60,340 nucleotides of DNA from Peribolospora baueri (lineage: Eukaryota): contig JAMDHS010000042.1 of the NCBI GenBank assembly GCA_029717555.1, forward strand, positions 124,001-184,340. Direction: 5' to 3'. The number at the start of each line of letters is the position of its first letter. Position 1 is the first letter of the stretch. Both the position numbers and the translations under genes were made by a program. The notes under the pieces are model-generated. The model saw only the letters and a list, made by a program, of their open reading frames with translations, ran no database searches and was not told the DNA's origin. Below, one piece after another: positions 1-12,353 of this stretch.

Positions 1-1716
1 CTGGAGGATAGGGATACTACTAGTATGAAGAAGCAGCGAGAAGATAATCGACGCACTTGTCCTCATCAAGTCGTCTCTCCACCCCTCGCACATTTCCCTC
101 TGAGCCCTCTCATCTGCCGTCTCCTCTCTATCCCAAAAGTCCTCCATGCTCTACCCGTCGTGGAAGTTGCTGAGATCGGTGGTTTCGAGTTTGGTGAGTC
201 CAGCAAGAAGCATCTTCCGTCCGCTGCGGCACGATCACTTCCTTCTTATTCCGAGTCGGACTTTTTTCCCTCGAAGTGACGGCCACCATCAGCTTGACCC
301 TCACCACAAGCTCGACGTCGTCTTTTGCTCTCCTAACCCCTTCTCCTGCGCTCCTATACCCTCCGGATGCCCCCTAGAGCAACCCGGTACCTCGTCCCGC
401 GTCTCTGCCCGGCGCACCGTCTACAACCACGACCACCACATCGAGAGCGCGCGGTGTACGCGATGTGACCCCCAACGCCCACTCCTGATCCCACCCCGGC
501 TCTTCCGCCTCCGAACCCCAGCACTAGGGTGCGCCAGCTCGTACCAAACCCCAACGACATTGGCTTACTCGCTCTCTCCGCAGTGAAGATCCTCCAGACG
601 ATTCTGGCGAGGTCCAAAAAGACTGCCACCAGGAAGGTGGCTGCCGACGTCAAGGACACGGGTTTGCCGAGATGACGTTGCGCCAAGAAGACCGTGGCGG
701 AAGGGGCGGCAGGAGTCGAAGATGCCGTTTTGGACGCATAGTAGGAGCGTCCACTCTTGGCGGCGTCGACGTACGACCTCCTGCTGATGCGGGATGGGGT
801 GAGGGCACCAGAGCCCTCTGACGGAGTCGCAATCCCCCAATCCCCGCCCCAGGTCGAGCCTGATTGTCCTCTTCGGCAACAAAGAAGCTGCCAACCGAGC
901 TATACAACGTGGAGTAGCCATCGCCAGCGAGTTCAAACTGGCCCAGAAGGCGAGGCGGTCGGTCCGCCAATGTTATCGATGCTGCTCATTAGACCACACG
1001 ACCGTCCACTGCACGGCCACCCCGCGCTGCGCTAGATGCGCCTCCTCTTCCCACTCCCTCCGCCAGTGTGCCTGCCCCGACAACCAAGGCTGCTCGCCGA
1101 AGGAGTGCACCCGCAGATGGAACAGCCGAAATCCGGCCGATCTCTGCGGTACTTTCATTTTGCGTTTGTACGACCGCGCCATGCGACGGACACTCACCGT
1201 CCCTTTGCGCCATAAGGTCGTCTATGTATGTACTTACGGGTTCTTCAAGGGCAATCGCTATGTGACCTTCTCACTCGGCTTTCTCACCATCTTTTAAACA
1301 TAAAATCGCAGCGAATGCTGGAGGCGTTTCCAGCTCTCGCATGATCCCGATGAAGACTTGTCGCCGGACTCGGCCATTCTTTTGGACTCGGGTTTGTGTC
1401 TGTGGGGCCATTTCTTTTCCTCACCTGGCTAGAGAGACCAAAGGAGAGGGAGACCACAAATCTAAGTGCGGCGTGTTTGTATCGGTGTCGGAGCTGCGAG
1501 GTCTGAGTTTTTTCCTCGACATTCTTTGCTGACCTTGGGTCTGACGAACCCGCACTCTAAGGCCTTATGAGAGGGGCAGGTCGGACGAACAAGGTCCTTA
1601 CGCCCCGTCCACCTCAGTGCTGACGATGCGGTTCCACTCCCCTGCCAACTCGGCGCAAAGCTTGAAGTACTGCTCCACGGTGGTTCGGAATCTAGACGTT
1701 CGAAAGCTTGACTCAC

Positions 1717-1919
1717 TACATGTCCTCATCGATATTAGCAATCAACTTTGCATAGTGCCTTCTAGCCTTTTGCGTCTTCTCTGTAGGTGGCAAGATGAGG
1801 ATGAGCCAGAACTTGGCGTAATTGACGCGAAGGGAGGCGTCCATGTCGAAGTAGAGGCCGTGGTCGAGGAGAACGATCTCAAAGTTGTAGGGGCTTCGGC
1901 TACAGGGCGAGGCGGGGCG
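1717..1919 (-). pseudogene. Isolated fragment of an ABC1/AarF (ADCK)-family atypical kinase
   Basis: A minus-strand frame not listed in the ORF track reads RPASPCSRSPYNFEIVLLDHGLYFDMDASLRVNYAKFWLILILPPTEKTQKARRHYAKLIANIDEDM and ends at a GTGAGT donor (1716). IVLLDHGLY...Y..FW is the ABC1 kinase region just after the DPHxGN catalytic loop. DPHxGN, the N-lobe and the downstream exons were not found. Confidence 0.7.
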
Positions 1920-2478
1920 ACGAGGCGACCGCAGCGTAAAAAAAAATCTAGAAACAACTCATCCTGGCACCAACGCTCATGGGTTTCGATCGGCCCCGTG
2001 AAACTTATAATTTCATATGGAACGGTCATACCTTGCTCGCAAAGCTAATTCACGTCGCTTGCGCGCTCCGCGCGATGGAGACTCTCCAGGGCGCTCGCGT
2101 CGCGTCGGTTTTCCGTTGTGGGAATGATTCGGCTAGTACGGCTCCGCGGTTGACCGAAAGTAACCTCCTCGCCAGTGATGGCGCCCTACCCGCACCGATG
2201 ACGCTCGCATCAGCTCCCTTTCACAGGAAGGGAATGCGTATAAAATCTTCGGCAGTCGACACTAGACGACAGTGGACTCGAGTCGTGTATTCCTCACTAC
2301 CCCTTCTCTCCGCCTGTCCCCCTGGCCGGACCGCGTAACCCCAACGCCAAAGCCGTTGTACGATTTTAAGCACATCACCCCGCCACCCCCGCGCACAGGA
2401 GGATGCAGTGGCCGAGGAGACAGCTCGCTTACACTCGCAAATGTTCGGCAGATCCAGTCTGTTCGTCAACATGCGCTT

Positions 2479-4474
2479 TCACGATTTCAACGTTCGGGAC
2501 GTGTATCGGGGTGGGGTGGCGCGCAAATTCAATCGGGCCATAGTGCGTTCCAGGTGTGGCGAGCGGTGATAGCTGAACGGACCGCGCGTCTTGCACCACT
2601 TTCGGAACTGCCATCCGCTCTGGTCGAAGAGGTCCTGGAACTGCTTGAGCGTGCGCTCTTTGGCGGCTGACACGGCGAGCATGCGGACGCTCATCTCGTG
2701 CACGCCATCGGTCGCTGTCGGCCGTCATGATAATCTCGGCGACGAGCACTGCGTATTGAAGGAAGGGCCCACGGGTCAAGAAAGACGGACGATAGAAAAC
2801 GACCATGGTCAGCGCTGGGATGATATTCAAAGACGGGCCACTCGGTGCCTGAGTAAGACGGGCTATTACTCCGACGGGCGGCCGACCGGCTTGTCGGACA
2901 TGCTCACGCTTGGTGCCGGGCTTGAGGTTTTGGCGAAGGGTCTTGAGGATTTTAACACAATCTTCGTCGGTCCAGTCATGGAGGATCATCCTGTGGGGCC
3001 GTCCGACGGACGACATCAAGTGAGCAACAAGCAACGATGATGACGCGGGAAGAGCAGGGCCAGGGGCAGGAAGGACATGAGGGCTCACCGCATCCAGTAC
3101 GTGCCTGCGAGCTGCTTCGTTTGCGGCTCAAAGAACGAGTGTCTGTAGCAAAAGGAAACGGGAAGTGTGGATGGGATGAGAGTTCGACCAACGATAACGA
3201 GGCGTCGAAGCTTCAGGGCGGCTCACCCTTGGAATTCGACCCGCTTGGCCAGCTCTGGCGGGAAGGTGGAGTCCCAGAACTGTTGAAACGCGGAAAGACA
3301 AAAATAAGGAGGGAAAGGAAGGGGCATGTCGAGGTTGGGAAGGTCAATGTATAGAAGAACGATGGAATCCTGCGCGGGCCTCACCACTTGCCTTGCGTCC
3401 GTTCTCTGTTTCTGCCGGCAGATCCTGGCAGATGAAGCGCAGGTTTGGATAGCGTTGGACAAAAGAGGAATCTCGACGGCTCCCACGTTGGAGCCGACGT
3501 CGACGACAACCGTCAGCTTGTCCCATTCGTAGTCTGAGTGAGAACCAAAGGAAAAAAAAAATTCATCGTTCGCATGGATATCGGGTGCGCATGCCCGTAC
3601 GAGTACGCGGCTGAGCAAGGGAGGAGACTTGACCGGACTCACCCTCGACGAGACCGCCATCGATCAAACCGCTCATGCAGCGCATAACGCAACCGAATCG
3701 AACGCCCTTCTCCGGGTTATCGAGGAAGGTGTCGAAAACGTTCTTGCCGTAATACAAGTCCGCCCCCGACTTCTTCTCATCTGCGTCCGCCTTGCAGACA
3801 TCGTACAGCCTGGAGTTGGAGTAGTACAGCTCGTCGTTCCTGAGAGGTGGGTTCGGGGGATGGGTGAAGGAAAGCGACGGTGAGGAAATGAAATTATGAC
3901 GAAGCGAGATGGTAGCGAGGGAGGGGCGGGGGGAGACGACAGGAGACTCACGACCAACCGATGAGTGTCCAGATCTGGGCGGGGTGATCCCTCTTGAGCA
4001 TAAGGCTATACGGCGTGTGCTTCCAGGCCTCAGAGAGGGGGACGGTTTCCTCGAACGACGCCAAAGCCGGAGGAGGTGAGGCGGAGGATGGCCTGGATAC
4101 GCTCGCGGTTCAAACCGGCCTTGGCGGCCAGCTCGTCGATGTGCATTAGACTGGTCTTCGGGAAGGACGTCGACGACGCGCACTTCCATGGCGACGTTGA
4201 AGGCCGCCGACTCGACCACGGAGCCGTGGACGACCTCGGCCATGTACTGAGACGGGCTGAGGAGGGTGCGCAGGGCGCTCTCGTAGTCGTCCCTAAGCTT
4301 GTATCCAAGAGCGGCGGCATCAGGGGCGTAGGGGAAGCGGGAGGTGCCGGACATGCCCTGCGAAGCCGGCTCGGGCTCGGGCTGCAACTTAATGTACTCG
4401 GAGAGGGCATTGATGGCAGTGGAGAGCTCCTGGAGCGCAGCAAGCTGCTGGGACTTGGGGAAGTGCGCGGACAT
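2479..4474 (-). pseudogene. SAM-dependent O-methyltransferase (Methyltransf_2 / COMT-like fungal OMT), frameshifted
   Basis: ATG at 4474. Motifs: MHIDELAAKAGLN..ILR (dimerisation helix-turn-helix), VVVDVGSNVG (SAM motif), YPNLRFICQDLP, GHSFFEPQ, ILHDWTDEDCVKIL, KERTLKQFQDLF. Canonical introns are present, but homology needs frame changes at ~4147, ~4056, ~3462 and ~2704. Confidence 0.85.
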
Positions 4475-6011
4475 GGTAGGCAGGGGGGTCGGGGGATAGG
4501 GAGGGGTGCGTAGGAGACGTGGCCACGATGGAGGAGGGAGAGGAGGATGGGGAAGTTGGCAAGCCGAGGAGCCTAGATGAGATGGAGATCGATGTAGGGA
4601 AGAAAGTACGGCAAGGGTGCCGCCGGGTCGGCCGCCATCGATCGCAAGCACCTCGCCCGGCGTTTGTATTTAGGAAGACGCCTTCTCCATCCGCTTGCCG
4701 TGGCCTGCTAAGCTCGGACCTCCGCATCGTCGAAGCCCCGGACCGCCCACGCACCCGTTGCACCACCGTGCGGCCCCGGAGGATTTCGTCGGTCGTCCTC
4801 GCCGCCAGGGCCGGAACGTGTCGGTTGAGCAGACTCGACTCTGGGACACGGCGTGACGTGATTCGCCCTGATGTGTTCCACTCTCACACTACAGCTTGTA
4901 CGTACAGCAGTAGTTGTGCAGAACGGCGTCGCCGACTCGGTCCCAGCCAGACGCCGGACAGGACAGGACAGCACGTATGGCTCGAAAAGAGTGGGAGTGG
5001 AGTGGAGTGCACACGCGTGTTGAGCAAGATGATCTGCATGCGGGAAGATAAGATAGTGCAGCCACCGCGGAGATACGCGGGGGTACGCGGGCGAAACGCG
5101 GGTACCACACCTTGGCCCGTGCAGCGAACGCTGTCGCTCGCCAGGACAGGCGGCGAAGGCAGCGGCGAGCGCTGAAACTTCTTCCGGACCTCCGTCGGCT
5201 TCGGTTCGATCATCAGCAGCCCTTCGAGGTTGCGCACGCCCGTGGGTGGCCCCCGTCAGTGCTCGTGTCAGTCCGATCCTGTCACTGTCGTCGGCTATCT
5301 CGGAGCGGCATCGGCCGACCACCACCACCGACCGGCGAGTCTCATAGCCCAGTGCGCATACACGGCCGTGCCATACCTCAGCGAGTCGAGCTCTATGCTT
5401 TTCACACATACGCCGGCGGGTGTGCAGTCACAAGTCCTGGCTGATGTTGGAAGCCTCGTTTGGCTGGGATCGGCCCGGCCGGATGATCGAACGCACACCA
5501 TGTCCAGACACCGACAGTTATCGAGCCGGTGTCGAAAAAGATCAGAGGCACCGCGGTGCTCTGTTGGGCGGTTTTATAGCTCACCTTCAGGTCCACCTCT
5601 TTCGTCAGTAGTGCTTCGCTTAGCACCCTGCTCTGGGTGTGCTCTCCTATGCCAGAGCAGCTGGCTGTCCCCCCCCCGCGCTCCTTTCAGGTATCGTTGA
5701 CTGCGATGGGAGCTGGGCAAAGGTTGATACATGTGATGTGCATCAATAAAAGAAAGCATCTGGATCATAAATGGCGGTCCTGCTGGAAAAATAGTCAAGA
5801 CATGTACGAGGGCTGCGTGCCATTTCCCTCATACCTGCCTGCTTCACCGTTAGTGTTGCGAACAGGCTCAGATGGAAATTGGGCAGAGGCGAGACGGCGG
5901 CAAGGCAGAGGCTGGAGCTGGAAGAACCAGCGCTATTGTGGCGAACAAGTTGATTCCACTGGGAAAAGGGACAACGGAGACAAAACAAAAGGGAGTGAAA
6001 GGAAAAGGGCT

Positions 6012-9000
6012 ATGGACCGGTACGTTATCGAAATGTGGTTACAACGTGATCATAAAGTAGATCTTCCAAATCGACCCCTTCCCCGGACGACAGACTGATT
6101 GCCGCAGCACGCCGATCGACTGAGGCGTCCACCGACCCGGACACACACTCAAAGGATCAGCCTCACAGACGGACGACACGCACCTCTCAAATTCTGTAGA
6201 CCTCCTCAGCTCGACTCGTGACAAGCTGTCGCCACCAAAGTTCCCGTACGTCCCATCGAAGGTCCCTCAAGGCGCGCTGCCCCCGGGCGCGTCTTCTGGC
6301 GACGGTCGCGCGGCGGTCACGTCGCCGTCACCACCCACCCCGGGTCCAGCTAATACAGCAGGTTCCGGATCAGGCTCAGGGTCGGGGTGGTCTGCAAGCC
6401 TGAGCAGCTTTGGTCTTGATGGGCTGACGGGATGGCAGCCTAGTAGAGGCAAGGGTTTTGGGAACTTGACGCTCAATAGGAGCGCGATCGGGCACAGCAA
6501 GGATGATTCGTTAACCGCCTTGCAGCGGAGCGAGGCCCTCCTCGCCCAAGCTGCGTCGAGGACCTCGTCGGGCGATCTGAGTCGAAGGAGAAGCTTCAGC
6601 CTCACAAAGGGACACGATGTACAAGAGGGCTCGGAAGGAGCAGAGGGAAAGGACAGGACGGTTGAAAGCACTCCTGGAGGGAGTTTGGTTTCTGATCACC
6701 AGTCCGGTGGTCTTCCGGATATCGCAAGGCTCTCTGTCGCGGCATGGGGAGACGGTTCTCGGTTGGACCGAGGTCTGTGGTGGGACGAGGGCTTGCACAT
6801 CTAGTAAGCCATGCTTTTGCGCACTTGCCGGCTACCCGCATCCTGCTCAACCCATCCTCTCTGTGACATCCCTGTTTATCTGCAGCGACGATCCTCGAAG
6901 ACCTTTCGCCTTGCCGCCGGAAGCTTCTCATTCCTTGGACGTATCTTCGACCCGAACTCCACCTTCTTACTTTTCAGACCCCGTGTCACAGTTTCGAGCG
7001 GTGCACGCTTTCCCCGCCTACCTATCGGGACCTTCTCTTGCCGGTCAGCGATCAGATCTCGCTCGGGAGGTGGCCCGAAGAGGCATCGACCCTCCGAGCG
7101 CGGCGACCTCAGGTACGAACACACCGCTTAAGCGAGCAGAATCTCCCCCGAGCAGGGTGGATTCACTTGGTGGTCCCGGTATCGGCGTCGTCGGACAACT
7201 TCCTGATTTTTGGGAACGAGAGCGATCGGGCTCCCCAGAAAGGCCGGGAACACCCGCTGGGGCTGACCCGACTTATGTCGGCAGTACGGCAGTGGTACCG
7301 CCACGACGACCCCCGTCGCGCCAATTACGGCGATCTCCACCAGAGATGGAGACGTCGACGAGACGGAATGCCTCGACATTTGTCACCATCGGGCCTACGC
7401 CACTACCGGCGACAACCACCATCTCTCATATCGATCCTTCGGCTAGTTATGCCACTGTTTTAAGCAACGTAACTCGGGATGGGTCTCGCAGGCCGGGAAG
7501 AAGCGGAGGGATTCCGCACGGGGACGACCCGGCAGGCCAGAGAGCGGCATTGACGAGCCTGGATCGTCTCAATAACGGTTCCGGCCTCGTCGTCGTGGCC
7601 GGGCAACGTGTGCTCAAACTGTTCAAATTAGCTGAGCGCCCGGCAAGGCCTACCTCTGTCTATACCGTCAGCACCGAGCTGGACGCCGGCGACGCATACT
7701 TGGACGCTGAAGGAGCAGCGGGAATGGAGGCAGAGGACTACGATAGTACGGTGAGGTACTGGGAGGAGACTATGGATCTGCGGAAGAAGTCAACTTTGGC
7801 TCTTGGATATGCTGCCAATGACGTTAGGGCTGGCTTCGGCAGTGAGTACCGCCATTCTGTGTCTGCAAGACCATGACAGTGTGTCTTCGCTACGTGATAA
7901 CGATCCTGCTGATTTGGTGGCGTGAACGATCTGACCGTTGCATCCGCTTTGTTTGGCCGGTCGAATGACGTTTTGCTCGCAGGATTCGCTGGAAAGGTCG
8001 CCGTGGCTTGCGTCAACGGTGGCGTGGTGCTCTGGGACGTGGGAAAGGGGGGTGCATCAAAGTTGGAAAGAGTCATATTTGAACACCATCGCTCAGTGAA
8101 CAAAGTCGCGATGACGCCGCTTCAGGACCAATGGCTGCTGAGCGCCTCCCAGGACGGCACGGCTAAGCTTTGGGTGCGTTATGAACAGGGTTTCCGTTTC
8201 ACGCTTGCATATCTACTGCCGAGTCTAATGTTCGAATTGCCTTTCGCAAAAATTCAGGATATACGTTCCGCCGAAACATGTCGCCTGTCTCTCAATCACT
8301 CATCCGATCCCCTGCGCAACGTCATCTTCTCGCCTTCTTCCTCGGTACATGTCGTGTGTGCCTTGGAGAGCGGCGCAATAGCCCGTTGGGACCTCCGCCA
8401 AGGTTCAAAAGGTTTGTTGGATCGCTTACCCGTCGCTCATGCGGGAGGAGCCCTGGCCCTGGACTGGAGGACCGGTGAAAATGCTGACCGTGAATGGTTA
8501 GCGACGGGTGGCATGGACCGCACGGTCAAGGTGGGTACCCGACATGAGAGATTAGGCCTCTTTATTTCACTTCGCTAAAACATAATGTTTTTTTTTTCGT
8601 CCTGCCTGCAGATTTGGGACACCACTACGCCGCATCTCTCTCCACATCCCGTCCACGTCATACACGCCCCTCTTGCTGTCGCTCGCGTTGTTTGGCGGCC
8701 AGGGTTCGACTGTGAACTCGCGACCATCTCTCAAAGTTCCGCCTCCAGCGGATTCGGCTCTGTGACGCCTTCAGTGAAGTCGGGCCACGTCGATGAGCCC
8801 GGTAGGGAGATGGACAAGTTTGGCGAAGGCGTGACTGTGTGGGACGTTAGGCGAGGTTTTGTACCCAAATACATCATCGAAGGCGGAGAGCCGGGTGCTG
8901 CAGGTGAGTGGTTCTCTTGCCGTCCATGTGGGGAACAAACCCTGATATCGTTGCCCTTCTAGGCCTCCTGTGGTCTGACTCGCAGAAACTCGTCGTCGCC

Positions 9001-11820
9001 CATCGCTCCTCCCTTCTGGCGGAATTGGACGTAAGTTCGCACTCTCGTAGTCTCGACTGCTTGTCCCGCACAGGGCTCTCTTTCTCCCCTTCTTCGGAGC
9101 TCGCCTTCGCTATCGACCGCTGGGTTTCGGGAGAGATCCCCTTCGACGACTTGCTACCGGAGGTACAGCAGCGGCGTGAGCAGCTTGGCTTGTCCAGAAA
9201 GGCTGTCGGAGATCGAAATTTCGTCCCGCAACAAACCCTGGGCCAATGCAATGTCCCGCTCTTTGACCGGGACGAGTTTGTTTTCCTCGCTGAGAACTAT
9301 CTCATCGGTAACAATGTTCGGGGTGAGGTCTTTGATCTGAAGACTATGTGTGAACACAATGCGAAGGTGAGTCAGTCCATACGTAGAAAGGATTGCATTG
9401 AGCGACGACGTTGACATTGAACTTGTCGCTCCCCTTTCGTCCTCAGATGGCCTGGATAGTGGGCAGAGACCGTGCGGCATCCACTTGGAGAATCATCTGG
9501 GACATTCTGGCGAACGAGGAGGAGATGTCCAGCAGCTCAGAGAGCAGCTTCGCTTTATCCGACGACGACTACGAGGAAGACGCTTTGCAGCAGAGTGTCG
9601 GACGCGCCGTCTGCTCTCAAGGCCTGCCTTCCACATTGAAAGACGGTTTCAGATACACCTCTTCCCACCCTGTCACCGGTATGCAACTGTCGAAAGCAAG
9701 CCCACTGGTACGAGCACGAGATGCAGATCTCGGTCTTGGCGGCCGTCCGCCGAGCAGTAGCAACGGTTCCGGCTCTAGGTCCACCTCAAGGTCTCCCTCA
9801 GGCGTCAACTCACCGCGTACAGGAGCCGTCGAAGTTTCACGGCCGCCCACTACGTCAATCTCCAGTCGTGCCTCGTTGCCTCGTTCGCCGGTGCCCGAAA
9901 GCCCATCCACAGGTTTGTGGACGCCGCGCATGCGGCTGACCGGTCACCCGAGCTCCAAGATGAACAGCAGCGAGATAGCTTGGGGAAGTCATTCAGACTC
10001 GGATGAAGGCGACTCGTCCGATGAAGACAACCCCGGCTCGACCACGGAGGGCGTGCTCCACCGAAGTGTGCAGGGCCTTGCAGGCAGCGACGTCAGTCAG
10101 AGGCGAAGCGCGGTCAGCCCTCGAAGTAGCACCCACCACTTGGGGTCCCCATCCATACCTCAAGGCAAGACGAATCTGAGCATGAGTTTGACCAGCCTCA
10201 AGCCTGGTCCGACTTTCGTTCATGCTCAGAGCTCAAAGCTCAACGATAGGGCCAAGCGAGGCAGCCGCACAAGTGGAAAGGCGATCGGATTGGGGCTGGA
10301 TGGGCCTCAGTATCTGCAAGACGCCTTCATTTCGTCTTCCGACTCACATTCTACTGCTGGCAGCACCGACAGCGCGTCCCTTCCTTCCGAGAGCGGTGAT
10401 GAACTGGGACTTGAAGCGCTCCCAGCCCAAGCTTTCCCGCTTTCCACGTCGCAGATCCCACCGATGCATCTACCTCCCCTCGACAACAGCGGCCAGGTCT
10501 CGCGCCAGACCTCCCTCGCGTCTTTCCGTACCCCTCTTCCAACCGTCGAAGGCGGTGGCAGTAGCGGTCCACCTACGACACGACCGAGTCCTCTTCTAGA
10601 CTCGGAAGAAGTGGCCCAGCGAAGCAATGATTGTCGCTCGAGCAAAGGAGGCTTGGAAGACAGCGGCGGAGACGTACCTGAGCTGTCTTTGCTTGGCCCT
10701 TCCTTGAGCTTGGCGTCTCCGAGTACTGTTAGGGGCACGGCGGGAAGGAGAGCGTCTGGCAAAGGCCACGGCGAATCGCCAAGCCCGGCTCGCCCAGATG
10801 GCAAATCGGTTGGCGGCACGAAGGGTAGCAGAGTGCATATGCATAGTCTCAAAGGCAAGGCTCGGGGGCAGACTCGTCTCGATGGCGTGTTCGCAGCGGA
10901 AGAGCAAGCCTTGTCGGATCTTCTCAAGAAGAGCTTGTATGACGCTCTCGAATATTGGGGGGACAAGGTGAGTCGTGTGTTGGTGGCGACTTTGGCGTGT
11001 CAGAGGTCTCCATTCAACGGCGTTTTCGCCCGTCTAATTTGTGCTGGCAGGGAGACGTCCAGATGTGCACTACTGTCTACCACGTCATCGGCGAGCATTT
11101 TCCCATAAACGAACAAAAGATGGAGAGAGTAACGCACGCCTATATCGGTGAGCGACAGATGACAGATCGAGTCGCCCGAGTTTGCTGCCCGCTAATCGAC
11201 GCTCCTTTCAGATCTACTCGAGCGACTGCACCTTTGGCACACTGCTGCTGAAGTCCGGAAAAGCTCGCCGATTGAGTCGGTACGCGCGCTCGGACAGGTG
11301 AGTTGCCATCCGGTCGGCGGTACGATCTTGGTCCGGATTCCCACCAATGACCTGCCATCGTTTTCGCACAGATTGACACGACGCACGTCTTGGCGTGTAT
11401 GTACTGTTCCAAGCCGTTGAGCCAGCCGTATCGTTCTGCTGCAGAGATTGGCGCTGGAGCGGAAGGCGGATGGTGGTGGTGTGGCAGGTGCAACCGACCG
11501 ACGGCGACTTGTAGCATCTGGTGAGTCCTCTGACCTTATGATCTACCATTGAGGCGCGCTCAGTCGCCTTCCCTTCCTCTTCCCTCGTCCGTAGTCACGC
11601 GCCAACGAAGACGATGGAGGTGTTTTGCGAAGGATGCCGACACGGCGCCTGTCAGCTGTGCTTCTCGGCCTATTGCGAAGGAGAAGAGGAGGTCAATGAA
11701 CGCGGGAAAGCCGAACGCATCGTCGGCGGGGTGGAGTGTCCCACGGGTTGCGGTCATTACTGCCCGTCCGCTACCGTCGGTTTTGCCTTGGAGCGGGCCT
11801 ACAAAGGACAGACTCCTTAA
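6012..11820 (+). CDS. RTC1: SEA/GATOR2 complex WD40 + C-terminal RING protein (Rtc1/Sea2/WDR24), multi-exon
   Basis: WD40 repeats (HHRSVNKV..WLLSASQDGTAKLW; AHAGGALALDW..WLATGGMDRTVK; VWDVRRGFVPKY), MCEHNAKV, a long Ser-rich linker, and a Cys-rich C-terminus (CMYC..CGRC..CSIC..CEGCRHGAC..C..CPTGCGHYC). The start is uncertain: ATG 6012 with an intron to ~6209 is one in-frame option. Confidence 0.85.
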
Positions 11821-12353
11821 TCGATTTGTTTGTTCTTTTTCTGCGCGCACTGTCGCGCCTTTTCGTGGAATGTACTTGTACGGGCCTGGCGTGCTACTAT
11901 GAGCTCCTACTCGTTCGGAATATGGCGCTGTATAGTGCCTTTGAGGGTCTGAATCACGTCTGTTTGGAAGAATATAATTGAGGACATGTATAGGAAGGAA
12001 CCGCTTACGTCAACAAGCAAGGCTTTAATGGGGTAGTGGTAACCTAGGACCTTGCCATGGTCCAGCCAGGGGTTCGATTCCCCTTTAAAGCAATCTTTTT
12101 TCTATTTTTCCGAATCTCCTCATTTAAGAGGGCTCTCTCAACTTTTCCTATGCCATATTTGAAGCCCATCTCAATGGTTGTTTTCCTAGCTATCTTCCTG
12201 TGTATCTTTTCCCTTCCGCCTTCGTCAGGAAGAGTCCGCGCATTTTCTGCTGCGGCAACCTCCCCTTATAGCGGCACGCCGATCACTTTCAGTGCCGGAT
12301 CTGCCAACGATCGCATCTACCACCATCTTGCCACATCCTTGCCCGAGTCAAAT

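Noticed and set aside
6121..6123. In-frame TGA as selenocysteine or edited codon in RTC1
   Set aside because: It lies in non-conserved low-complexity sequence, I recognised no SECIS, and an alternative acceptor or start explains it more simply.
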